Source: Mobula hypostoma (Eukaryota). Taken from it: a stretch of 64,000 nucleotides of DNA. The notes under the pieces were generated by a model. It saw only the letters and a list, made by a program, of their open reading frames with translations. It searched no databases and was not told the DNA's origin. A program made the translations under genes and the position numbers. Location: the NCBI RefSeq assembly GCF_963921235.1, contig NC_086097.1, forward strand, positions 198,216,001-198,280,000, given 5' to 3'. Below are positions 48,470-60,905 of this stretch, in pieces (positions within the stretch are counted from its first letter, which is position 1; each line of letters begins with the position of its first letter).

Positions 48470-51400
48470 TATTCTCTAGGGAAGGGTAAAATCAGGCACT
48501 ATGGTAGTTTTAGGGAAGTCGATAGTTAGTTGGACAGAAAGGAGATTCAGTGGCCACAAAAGAGACATCAGGATGGTGTGTTGCCTCCTGGGTGTTTGGG
48601 TGAAGGTTGTATCAGAGCAGCTGCAAAATATTCTCAAGGAGGAGGGTGAACAGCCAGAGGTTGTGGTGCATATTGGCGCCAATGACAAAGGCAGAAAATG
48701 GGAAGAGGTCCTATGCAATGAGTACATAGATTTAGGAAAGAGGCTGAAGAGAAGGACCTCCAAGGTTGTATTCTCTGGATTACTTCCAGAGCTGGCCTAG
48801 TGCGGGCAGGAATTGGATGACAGCATAAATGAATGAGTGGCTGAGGAGACAGCGCAGGGGACAAGATTTCAAGTTTTTGGAATACTGGAAACTTTTATGG
48901 GGAAGGGGTTACCTGTGCAAGAGGGACAGTTTGCACTTGAACTACAGGGGAACTAATATCCTGGACTGGAGATTTTCTAATGCTACTCAGGAGGGTTTAA
49001 ATTCGTTTTGCAGGAAGCTGAGAGGCAGAGAACCAGGTCAGTAGGTGAAAGGTTGGACTGGAAGGTAAATGTCAGGGAAAATATTGAAAGGCAAAATCAA
49101 AATAACAGGTATGATGGGTTGGATAGTGTGAAGTGTGTATATTTTAATGCTAGGAGTATTATGGTGATGAACGTAGAGAGTTTTAGAAAAGGTAGGGTAG
49201 GGGATAAAGTGAAGAGTGGAGCTGCACAACTAATCAGGGACAATATCACAGCTGCACTCAGGGGAGATATAATGGAGGGTTCAGACATTAAATCCACTTG
49301 GGTAGATCTCAGGAATAAGAAAGGTACAATCATAAGACCGTAAGACCATAAGATATAGGAGCAGAAGTAGGCCATTCGGCCCAGCAAGTCTGCTCCGCCA
49401 TTCAATCATGAGCTGATCCAATTTTTCCAGTAATCCCCACTCCCCTGCCTTCTCCCTATACCTTTTGATGCCCTGGCTAATCAAGAGCCTATCTATCTCT
49501 ACCTTAAATGCACCCAATGACTTGTCTCTTGTGGCAACAAATTCCACAGATTTACCACCCTGATCACACTGATCGGATTGTACTACAGACACCTCAATAG
49601 CCACTGGGACATTGAGGAACAGATATGTAATCGGATTAAGGAAATGTGCAAAAATAATTGAGTTGTTTTGTCATGGAGGATTTCAGCTTCCCTACTATAA
49701 ACTGGTACATTAGTGCAAGGGGTTTAGGTGGGACCAAATTTGTTAAGTGTATCCAGGAAGGTTTCTTAAATCAGTATGTTGATAGTCCAACGAGATGAAG
49801 GGCTGTACTGGACCTTGTTTTGGGTAATGAGTCTGTTCAGGTGACTGAACTTTCAGTGGGTGAGAACAATGGCCACAAGTCTAACTTTCAGGTATGGTCT
49901 TTGTGGGAGTTTTAACATTGGAGTAGGGCAAATTATAAGGGCATTATGTAGGAACTAAGGAGATTTAATTGGGAACATTTTTTTCTGGTACATGAGACTT
50001 GGAGGGTGTTGCACAGAGTAAAAGAAATGTATGTTCCCGTTAGAAGGCAGGACAGGGATGGAAAGATAAGAGAACCTTGGATGTCCAGAGTCAGGAAGAA
50101 AAAAGAAAAGTAAGCAAAACTTCAGAAGTTAGGATCAAACTGAGCAAATGAGGAGTATAAAGAAGCCAGAAAAGAACTAAAGAAGGGTATCAAGAGGGAC
50201 CATGAAAAGTTCTTGGGAAGTAGGTTTAAGGTGAATCCCAAGGTATTCTATACCTACATCAATAGCAAGAGGATAACTAGGAAGTGGGTAGGACAACTCA
50301 AGGATAAAGGAGGGAAGATTTGCTTGGACGTGGAGAACGTGAGTGTGGTACTCAGTGAGTACTTTGCTTCATTATTTACCAAGAAAAAGGATATGGAGGA
50401 CCAGGAGCTCAGTGCTGCATGTATAAATATGTTAGGGCATTTAGAGGTCAAGGAGGAGGAAGTGTTCGGAATGCCAGTGAGTACTAAGGTGTATATGTCC
50501 CCAAGGCCTAATGAGATTTACCCCAGGTCATTGAAAGAGGCAAGAGTTAAGATTTCTGGGGCCTTGCCCAGTATCGTCATGTCTTTTTTAGGCACAGGCG
50601 AGGTCCTGGAGGACTGGCGAGTGCCTAATGTTGTGCCTCTATTTAAGAAGGGAATGAGAGAAAATCCTGGGAACTATAGACCAGTGGGGCTTATGCCAGT
50701 TTTAGGGAAATTGCTGGAGAAAATTCATATGGATAGGATACATGAGCATTTGGAAACCCATGGTCTAATTAGGGAGAGTCAGCATGGCTTTGTGCAGGGT
50801 AGGTCATGCCATACCAACTTGAATGAGTTTTTTGACAAGGTGAGGAAAGAGATTGATGAAGGTAGGGCAGTTGATGTTGTCTACATGCATTTTAGTAAGG
50901 CATTTGACAAAGCCCCTCATGGGACGCTAATTCAGAAGAATTGGCTGTTTGGATTGAGAACTGGCTTGCACATCGAAGCCAGAGGATTGAAGGGACTTAT
51001 TTGAGCTGAAGGTCTGTAATTAGTGGAGTTCTGCCAGGATCTATTCTGGGATCACCGCTGTTTGTGATTTTTATAAATGACCTGGATGAAAATGTAGATG
51101 GGTGGGTTGGAAAGTTCGTGGATGATACCAAGATTGGTGGAGTGTGGACAGTGTAGAAGACTGACAAAGAATACAGCACAATATAGATCAGTTACAGACA
51201 TGGGCAGAGAAATGGCGTTGTGGTTTTTACCCAGATAAATGTGAAGAGTTGCACCTTGGTAGGGCAAATACAGGGAGACATTACACTGTTATGGGCAAGA
51301 TCCTTAAGATCCTCTCTGTTGCTGAGCAGAGAGATCTTGGGATCCAAGTTCATAGCTCCTTGAAAGTGGCTACACAGGTCGATAGGGTGGTTAAGGAGGC

Positions 51401-52045
51401 TTATGGAATGCTTGTTCTTATTAGTCGAGGCATTGAGTTCAAAAATCAAGAGGTTATGTTGCAACTAAATAACACTCTGACTAGGTCACATCAGGAGTTT
51501 TGCATACAGTTCTAGTTGCCTCACTAGGATGTTGAGGCTTTGGAGAGGGTGCAGCAGAAGTTCATCAGGATGCTGCCTGGTTTAGAGGGCATGCACTACC
51601 ACGAGAGGCCAGACAAACTTGGGTCGTTTTCTCTTGAGTGGCGGAAGCTGAGGGGAGATCTGATAGAGATTTATTAGATTATGAGAGGCACGGATAGATC
51701 AGACAGGGAGTATCTGTTCCCCAGAGTAGAAATGTCTAATACCAGAGGGCATGCATTGAAGGTGAAAGGGGGTAGGTTCAAAGGGGTTGTGAAGGGTAAG
51801 TTTTTTACTCAGCGATTTGTTGGTGCCTGGAATTCACTGCCTGGTATGGTGGTAGAGGCAAATACAATTAGAGGCCTTTCAATGATGTTTAGATAGGCAC
51901 ATGAATTTGAGGAAGAGGGAGGAATATGAACATTGTGTAGGTATGAGAATTAGCGTTTGGGTATTTTTGATTTGCTTTTTAGCTGGTTTAGCACAACATT
52001 GTGGGCTGAAGATCAGGTAACTGTGCTCTAGTTTTCTATTCTATA
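48470..52045 (+). mobile_element. CR1 (ORF1 esterase, APE, RT, 3' UTR) nested in Gypsy RT; small minus-strand CR1 tail at 49335-49565
   Basis: EQPEVVVHIGAND, CVYFNARSI, ORF 50213-51004 (NYRPVGL, QHGFVQGRSC, FSKAFDKAPH) and a ttcta-type tail. Confidence 0.9.
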
Positions 52046-53463
52046 TATTTGCAAAACTTTCCGGAGGGAAACACTTCAGCAAAGTGGACTTAGCTGAGGC
52101 CTATCTACAGTTGGAGATTGAAGAAAAATCCAAAGTTTTTCTCTCAATGATCATTCACAAAGGGTTTTATCACTACAATAAGCTTATTTTTGGAGTGGCA
52201 TCTGCACCTTCACTCTGGCAGAAAGCTATGGATCAGGTCCTGCAAGGCTGTCCAGGCACTCAATATTACTTGGAGATATCAATGTTACCAGAAAGGATGA
52301 AAATCTCAAGACTGTGTTAAAAAGATTAGAAGATTATGGACTTAGAGCACAACACTACATGTGGGAATACGTTAAACCAATCATCACTTAAACCAATCAA
52401 TGGTCACCCCATTGATGCACAATTTTAACACAAGTTTGCGAGAAAATACGAGTGGTGGTGGATGCCCCTATGCCAAAGGACATGTCACTGTTGCGGTCTT
52501 TTTTAGGATTTGTCAATTAGTATAATAGGTTCCTGCCAAACCTGGTTACTGTGCTCTACCTCTTAGACTCTATAGATTGGGAAGAAATGGCAATGGACAA
52601 AGCAGCATGAGGTGGGACTTCCCAAAAGATAAAGGAATTGGTGATGTCAGACACTGTACTCACACATTATGATCTACATTGTCCAGTAAAGCTTGCCAAC
52701 ACATCCAGAAGAAACATGTACAAAGCTGTCGAACACACTTCCTGCAGTCCCAGAGTCACCTCCTACAACCACACAGGAGGAGGCCCCAGAACCTGAGATT
52801 GTTTCACAGCCACAAGTCTCTCCCACCAAGCAGGGTAACCCACTTTGTCAGGAAAGACATTATCCTACAAGAGTAAGAAAGCCTCCACAGCAATTAAATC
52901 TTCAGACCTGAATGGGACAAATTAAAATTTACTATGCCGTAATTGTCTGTATATAATAGTTGTACTATATAGTATACTGTGTCTATAGTTGATGCATTCC
53001 CTATTGAGTTGGTGTTTATAGCTAAGTAGGGAGGAATGTTGTTGTTTATTTAATACTTCAGTAATATTTGAGTAATATTGTAAATATATTCTTTGATTAA
53101 GTATTCTTGTTCATTTAAATAGCACATTATGGTTATATGTAAAAGTAAGTGATTTGTATATAGTATATCATGATGCTGCCTTGCCAAATGTACACTCCTG
53201 GCTTAAAGTAAAAATGAAACTAAGATACCTTATTGCTGCCTCCATATTTTTGCTTTCAATTAATTTAATATTTTGGAGTTATAAAACTTAACACCTAGGA
53301 CAATCAAATCCAGAGTAGTTTCAAATCAATGGAAGCTAACAAGGGAAAGCCCAGTGGAATGTTAGAGTAGAAATCTGAAAGAATTACCAGGAAAAAAACC
53401 CATAATAATTAAAAGCTCCTTTTCTCTCCACAGATTCTTCCTGAGCTGCAGAGTATTTCCACT

Positions 53464-53600
53464 CAAACAACAGGAATTCTGCAGATGCTGGAAATTCAAG
53501 CAACATACATCAAAGTTGCTGGTGAACGCAGCAGGCCAAGCAGCATCTATAGGAAGAGGTGCAGTCGACATTTCAGGCCGAGACCCTTCGTCAGGACTTC
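53464..53600 (-). mobile_element. 137-bp PLE insertion consisting only of hammerhead motif + 3' tail, 11-bp TSD
   Basis: One mismatch to 14541-14675 over 135 nt. TSD gtatttccact at 53453-53463 and 53601-53611. Confidence 0.92.
53563..53598 (-). ncRNA. Minimal hammerhead ribozyme motif
   Basis: Reverse complement reads agtc CTGACGA a ggg tctcgg cct GAAA t GTC gact. Confidence 0.75.
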
Positions 53601-54031
53601 GTATTTCCACTATTCTCTTGCATTTCAGATTTGTCGTGCACTGTTGTGTTCTGCATCTCACAGTTCCAGCAATATTTTTGAAAGTGAGGTATTGAAGTTT
53701 CTGTAAAAACAATTTTAAGTCTCAAGCTGTGCACTTACTGATGGAAACTTCATGCAAACTTGCAATTGGCTGACTGATCCCAGGGCAGGTCATCAGGCCT
53801 CAATGCACCCCTCTGCTCAGCAGCCATAGATCAGCTGCTAAAAGGCTGTCACATGGAGAAGTGTATTAAGGCCCAAGCACCTTCGCTATGATCAGTGAGG
53901 CAGCTGTGACCCAATGCCATTGTGAAATGTGGGATGAAGTGAAGTGCGGCAAAGATTGCAGCATAATATTGCCAAGATGCATAAAGTAGTAACGGCTGAA
54001 AACTGTGAGAGAGCAAAGTAAAATAATTTTT

Positions 54032-54372
54032 AAAACAGCAACAGAATTGCAGATGCTGGTACTTGGAACAAAAGACAACAAGCCAGAGGAGCTCAGTGAT
54101 TAGGCAGCAACTGTAGATGAATAGGTACAGGACTGAAACATTTCATCTGCACTGAAAGATAAGAGGAGAGATATCTAGCATAAAAAGTTAGAGGGAAGGG
54201 CTAGCAAGTAATAGGAGGATTTGGATGGGGGCTGGGAAGTGGGAGAACTGTGCTGGTGTAACAGACAGACGGGCAAAAAAAGAATGGAAATGATACCAGA
54301 AGCTGATTTGGCCTTTAGAATATGAGTCTGTCCAATGTGATGACCTGCTGAGTTCCTTCAGCATTTTGTACA
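54032..54372. mobile_element. Old fold-back PLE tail remnant
   Basis: Starts gaattgcagatgctgg (reverse tail) and ends gacctgctgagttccttcagcattttgt (forward tail). Confidence 0.55.
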
Positions 54373-54828
54373 TGATACTCTGTTGTAATCAAAACACTGA
54401 TTGAAACAGTAAACACTAATTTGCATTTAATGGGGAAACATTGGTCTCTTTGATTTTCCATGACTATCAAATGACAGTCATTCTCTTGGCAGGTTAGATT
54501 TAAACTGGATTTGGGCAAATTTAAGTTGTGGTATTGACGATGGAACAATATTGTCTAGGTCTGTGAATTGGCTGGAAAAGAACAGTTTATGATTTCACCT
54601 GGAAGTAATGATTTAATCACATTGGGTAAATGCTGATTTTGAATCACACAGCTGTGAAAAGTGAGTCCCTGCAATAAGATCTCCAGGCATTTATATACCA
54701 CTATGAGCAGTGGCAAATGCTTTGACCAGCAGCAAATTGGAGATCAGAAATGCTGAGAAGACGTAGATCACTCAGGTTTGCCACTGAGTAGGACTTTATG
54801 CCAGTTTCGTGTTTTGAGCGGCGGCCAA

Positions 54829-55680
54829 ATAGACAATAGACAATAGACAATAAGTGCAGGGTTAGGCCATTCGGCCCTTCGAGCCAGCACCGCCATTCAC
54901 TGTGAACATGGCTGATCATCCACAATCAGTATCCAGTTCCTGCCTTATCCCCATAACTTTTGATTCCGCTATCTTTAAGAGCTCTATCCATCTCTTTTTT
55001 GAAAGCATCCAGAGACTTGGCCTCCACAGCCTTCTGGGGCAGAGCATTCCATACATCCACCACTCTCCGGGTGAAAAAGTTTTTCCTTAACTCCGTATTA
55101 AATGGCATACCCTTATTCTTAAACTGTGGCCTCTGGTTCTGGACTCACCCATCAACGGGAACATGCTTCCTGCCTCCACCGTGTCCAATCCCTTAATAAT
55201 CTTATATGTTTCAATAAAATACCCTCTCAGCCTTCTAAATTGCAGAGTATACAAACCCAGTCGCTCCAATCTTTTGATATATGACAGTCCCGCCATCCCA
55301 GGAATTAACCTTGTGAACCTACGCTGCACTCCCTCAAATGCCCTTCCTCAAATTTGGAGACCAAAACTGCACACAGTACTCCAGGTGTGGTCTCACCGGG
55401 GCCCTGTACAGCTGCAGAAGGACCTCTTTGCTCTTGTACTCAATTCCCCTTGTTATGAAGGCCAGCATGCCATTAGCTTTCTTCACAGCCTGCTGTACTT
55501 GCATGCTTGCTTTCAGTGACTGATGTATAAGAACACCTAGACTGCATTGTACTTCCTCTTTTCCTAAATGGCTCCATTTAGATAATAATCTGCCTTCCTG
55601 TTCTTACCACCAAAGTGGATAAGCTCACATTTATCCACTTTAATCTGCATCTGCCATTCATCTGCCCACTCACCCAGCCA
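54829..55680 (-). mobile_element. CR1 3' end with (agacaat)n tail
   Basis: QRRFTRLIPGMAGLSY..RLERLGLY and RKNFFTRRVVDVWNALP. Confidence 0.9.
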
Positions 55681-55717
55681 ATCTTAGCATTTAAGATTGA
55701 TTGGCAAGAACAAGTTA

Positions 55718-58700
55718 AAGACCATAAGACCATAAGACATATGCCCATCTAATCTGTCCCACTATTCAATCGTGGCTGATCTATTTTTTCCCCTTATCAG
55801 CCCCACTCCCCAGCCTTCTCCGCGTAACCTTTGATGCCATGTGCAATCAAGAACTTATCAAGTTCTGCCTTAAGTACACCCAACTACCTGGCCTCCACTG
55901 CTACCTGTGGTAATAAATTCCACAAATTCACCATCTCTGTTTTAAATGGATGCTCCTCTATCCTAAAGCTGCACCCTCTTGACCTAGACTCCCCCACCAT
56001 GGGAAAAATACTTTCCACATCTACTCTATTATAATCAGAGTATGATAATCCTTTCATTCCTGGAATCATCCTTGTGAACCCTCCCCAATGCCAGTACATC
56101 TTTTCTTAGATGAGGAGCACAAAACTGTTCACAATACTCAAGGTGAGCCCTCACCAGAGCCTTATAAAGCCTCAGCATCACATCCTGCACTTGTATTCTA
56201 GACCTCTTGAAATGAATGCTAACATTGCAATTGCCTTCCTCACCACTGACTCTACCTGCAAGTTAACTTTTAGGTTTTTTTCCACAAGGACTCCCAAGTC
56301 CTTTTGCATCTCAGATTTTTGGATTTTCTCCCAGTTTAAAAAATAGTCTGCACATTTATTTCTACTAACAAAATGCATGAACCTACATTTTCCAACATTG
56401 TATTTTGTTTGTCACTCTCTTGCCTGTTCTCCTAACCTGTCTGAGTCCATCTGCAGCCTACTTGTTTCCTCAACACTACCTGCCCCTCCACCAATCTTCG
56501 TATCATCAGCAAACTTGGCAACATCATCTAAATCATTGATATATAGTATAAAAAGAAGCGGTCCCAACACCAACCCCGGTGGAATACCACTTGTCACTGG
56601 CAGCCAACCAGAAAAGGATCTTCTTATTCCCAATCACTGCCTCCTGCCAATCAGCCAATGCTCTAACCATGCCAGTAACTTTCCTGTAATACCATGGGCT
56701 CATTACTTGGTAAATAACCTCATATGTGGCACCTTTTCAAATGCCTTTTGAAAATCCAAATATATAACATCCACTACATCCCCTTTATCTATCCTACTTG
56801 TAATCTCCTCAAAGAATTCTAACAGGTTCACCAGGCAATATTTTCCCTTAAGGAAACCATGCTTACTTTGTCCTATCTTGTCCTGTGTCACCAAGTATTC
56901 TATAACCTCATCCTTAACAATTGATTCCAACGCCTTCCCAACTGCTGAGGTCAGGCTAACTGGTCTATAATTTCCTTTATGCTGCCTTCCTCTTTTCTGA
57001 AAGAGTGGAGCGACATTTGCAGTTTTCCAGTCCTTTGGCACCAATGATTTTTAAAGATCATTACTAATGCCTCCCGAATCTCTAATGCTACCTCTTTCAG
57101 AACCCCAATACGCAGTTGATCTGGTCTGAGTGACTTACGTACCCTTAGATTTTTCAGCTTTTTAAGCACCTTCTCCCTTGTAATAGTAACTGCACCCACT
57201 TCTCTTCCTTCATATACTACAACATCAGGCTAGTGTCTTCCACAGTGAAGGCTGATACAAAATACTCTTTTAGTTCATCTGCTGTCTCCTTGGCCCCATT
57301 ATTATTTTCTGGCCTCATTTTCTAGCAGTCCTGTATCCACCCATCTTTCTTTTATATTTTACATATTTGCAAAAGCTTTTACTATCCACTTTGATATTGC
57401 TTGCTAGCTTGCTTTCATATTTCATCTTTTCCCTCCTAATTATTCTTTTAGTTGTTCTCTGTAGGGTTTTAAATTATCTAATCACCTCTGCTTCATTACA
57501 TAACACCCAATCCAGTATAGCTGATCCCCTAGTAGGCTCAACAACAAACTGCTCTAAAAAGTCAAATCATGGACATTCAACAAACTCTCTTGAAATCCAT
57601 TTCCAACCTGATTTTCTCAATCGACTGCATGTTGAAATCCCCCATAACTATCATAACATTGGTCTTTTGACATGCCTTTTCTATTTCCTGTTGTAATCTG
57701 TGGGCCACATCCACATGGGCCAGATGGATAACTGCCATCAGGGTCCTTCTACCCCGCAGTTTCTTAACTCTATGCATAAAGATTCAACATCTGCTGATCC
57801 TATGTCCAATCCTATGAAAGATAGCCTGTCTTTTTACTGATTTGATGCCATTCTTTACCAGCAGAGTCACGCCACCCCTTCTACCTACCTTCCTATTCCT
57901 CCAATACACTGTGTAACCTTGGATATTCAATTCCCAACTACAACCATCCTTCAGCCACGATTCAGTGATGGCCACAACATCATACCTGACAATCTGTGAT
58001 AGTGCAACAAGATCATCCACCTTATTTCTGATACTCTGTGCATTGAGATATAACAATTTGAGTACTGTATTTGGTACTTATTTTGATTCTGCATCCCTAA
58101 TGCACTGATATTCACCCTGCTGGCTGCAATTTTCGCCTATCATCTGCCTGCCCTTCCTGACAGTCTGACTGCATGATATCTTTTCTGTTTTACCGTCAGT
58201 CCTATCCTGAGTCTTTTCAATCCGGTTCCCAACCCCCTGCCAAATTAGTTTAAACCCTTTCCAACAGCTCTAACAAATCTACATGCAAGAATGTTGATTC
58301 CCCTCACATTCAGGTGCAACCTGTCACATTTGAACTGGTCATACCTTTCCCAAAAGTAATCCCAATATACCAAGAACCTGAAGCTCTGTCGCCTGCACCA
58401 GCTTCTCAGCCACACATTTATCTGCCAAATCATCCTGTTTCTACCCTCATGATGTGTGACACAGGCAGCAATACAGAAATTACTACCAGGGAGGTCCTGC
58501 TTCTCAGCTTTCTACATAGCTCTCTAAATTCTCTTTTCAGGACCTCTTTGCTTTTCCTTCCTATGTCATTGGTACCAATATGTACCAATGCCACTACTGT
58601 TCCCCTCTTCTCCCTCCTTCCCTTCTGCACCATAGACCTATACTCTGTCAGTTACCCGGTCTCCTTGGCTTTCCCTTGGGAGGCCATCCCCCACAACAAT

Positions 58701-59000
58701 ATACTTATTATTGAGGGGAATGGCCACAAGGGTGCTCTGTGCTAACTGCCTATTCACATTTCCATTTCTGCTGACAGTCACCCAGCTACCCGCCTCCTGC
58801 AACTTCGGGTAATTACTTCCCTGTAACTCTGATTGATTATCTCCTCACTCTCCTGTACAAGCCGAAGGTCATCCAGCTGCTGCTCCAGATCCCTAACACG
58901 GTCTTCAAGGAGATGCCGCCAGATGTACCACACAGATGTAGTTCCCTAGAGACTCTAGATTTCCCAGGGACTTCAGCATCTGACATGAAGAACACACAAC
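55718..59000 (-). mobile_element. Long decayed CR1 (ORF1 esterase to RT and 3' tail)
   Basis: LVHIGTNDIG, LYLNAQSIRNKVDDL, IVMGDFN, NYRPVSLTS and KFADDTKIGG; (aagaccat)n tail. Confidence 0.9.
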
Positions 59001-59309
59001 AGCCATTTACTACACCAGGAACAGTAAGACGGAAAAAGGAACCTGAACAGAAACTTATCCAGAGCGAGTGCCTCTATTGAGCCGAGGCCTCCTTTGAGCC
59101 AAATCCTAACACTCCTGCTCTCATCACTGGCTTACTGCCAACAATAGCCTTTTGTACCTTTTGTACTTTTACACAAGTGCCGACCTGCAAGAAACCTCAT
59201 CCCTCAGGCCTGCTCCTGTTGCTGAATGGGCCATTGGAATGAGCCTGAATGCCTACAAAACTCTCCTTTAAACAGCACCGACTCTACCTGCAAGTTGTAA
59301 GTTAATCTT

Positions 59310-60905
59310 AAGGTTGTCCATGCCAGAGTCCAATGATTTTTGGAAGATCATTATTAATACCTCCATAATCTCTATCGCTACCTCTTTCAGAACCCTAGGG
59401 TGCAGTTCATCTGTCCGGGTGATTCTTGGGTCTTACGACTTTTTGAGCACCTTCACCTTTATAATAGTAGCTGCACTCACTTCTCTTCCCTCATGGCCCT
59501 CAACATCTGGCACACTACTAGTGTCTTTCACAGTGATGTAAAATGCTCATTTAGTTCATCTGCCATCTCCTCGGCCCCATATTATTTCTCCGGCTTCAAT
59601 TTCTAGTGGCCCTATATCCACTTTCATCTCTCTTTTATTTTTTACATACCTGAAAAAGCTTTTACTATCCACTTTGATATTGTTTGCTAGCTTGCTTTCA
59701 TATTTCATCTTTTCCTAATGATTCTCTTAATTGCTCTCTATAGGGTTTTAAAAGCTTTCCAATCCTCTGTCTTCCCACTAATTTTTGCTTTGTTGTATGC
59801 CCTGTCTTTTCTTTTTACATTAACTTTGACTTCTATGTCAACCACGGTTGTACTATTTTGACATTTGAATATTTCTTCATTTTTGGAATACATTTATCCT
59901 GCATCTTCCTCATTTTCCTAGAAAGTCATGCCATTGCAGCTCTGTTGGTTTCCCTGCAAGCATCCCCTTCTAATCTACTTTGGCCAACTCCTCTCTCATA
60001 CCCCTGTAATTTTCTGAACGCCACTGAAATACTGCTGTGTTAGACTTTACTTTCTCCCCATCAAATTTCAAGTTGAACTCAATCATATTGTGATCACTGC
60101 CTCCTAGTGGTCCTTTTTATCTTAAGCTCCCTAATCACCTCTGCTTCATTACATAGCACCCAACCCAGTATAGATGATCCCTAAGTAGATTCAACAACAA
60201 ACTGCTCCAAATTGCCATCTCCTAGGCATTCAACAAACTCACTCTCTTGAGATCCATTTCCAACCTGATTTTCCTAATTAACCTGCATGTTGAAATCTCC
60301 CATGACTATCATAACATTGCCCTTTTAACATGCCTTTTCTATTTCCTGTTGTGGTCTGACTGTCCACGTCCCAGTGACTGTTGGGAGGCCTGTATGTAAC
60401 CGCCATCAGGATCCTTTTACTCTTGCAGTTTCATAACTCAAGCCACAAGGATTCAACATCTTCTGATCCTATGTCACATCTTTCTACTGATTTGATGCCA
60501 TTCTTTACTAGCACAGCCACGCCACACCCTCTGCCTACCTTTCCATCCTTCTGATACAATGCGTAACCTTGGAGATTTCGCTCCCAACTACAACCATCCT
60601 TCAGCCACAATTCAGTAATGGCCACAACATTATACCTGACAATCTGTAATTGTGCAACAGGATCATCCACCTTAATTCTTATACCCCGTGCATTGAGATA
60701 TAACACCTTGACCACTGTGTTTGCTACCCTTTTTGATTCTGCATCCTTAATGCACTGATACTCATCCTGCTTGCGGCAATTACGTCCTATCATCTGCCTG
60801 CCCTTCCAGACAGCCTGACTGCATGCTATCCTTGCTCTTTTACCATCTGTCCTATCCTGAGTCTCTTCACTCTGGTTCCCACTGCCCTGCCAAATTAGTT
60901 TAAAC
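59310..60905 (-). mobile_element. CR1 APE/linker fragment, same subfamily as 57040-58255
   Basis: VKVLYLNARGIRIKVDD...ESLWLEL; extensive similarity to the neighbouring copy. Confidence 0.85.

Larger units (their letters stand above)
47066..53293 (+). mobile_element. Decayed Gypsy LTR retrotransposon carrying nested PLE, Tc1 and CR1 insertions
   Basis: AT-rich LTRs ~47066-47491 and ~53038-53293 (tgt...aaca); PBS-like gtggtgatgagg; PPT agtagggaggaa. RT remnants GDFKVTINPVLK.DQYPLSRIED (48395-48466), resuming at 52046 with IFAKLSGGKHFSKVDLAEAYLQ. Confidence 0.85.

Noticed and set aside
57040..60905. Apparent segmental duplication
   Set aside because: Two diverged copies of one CR1 subfamily with different internal deletions explain the similarity.
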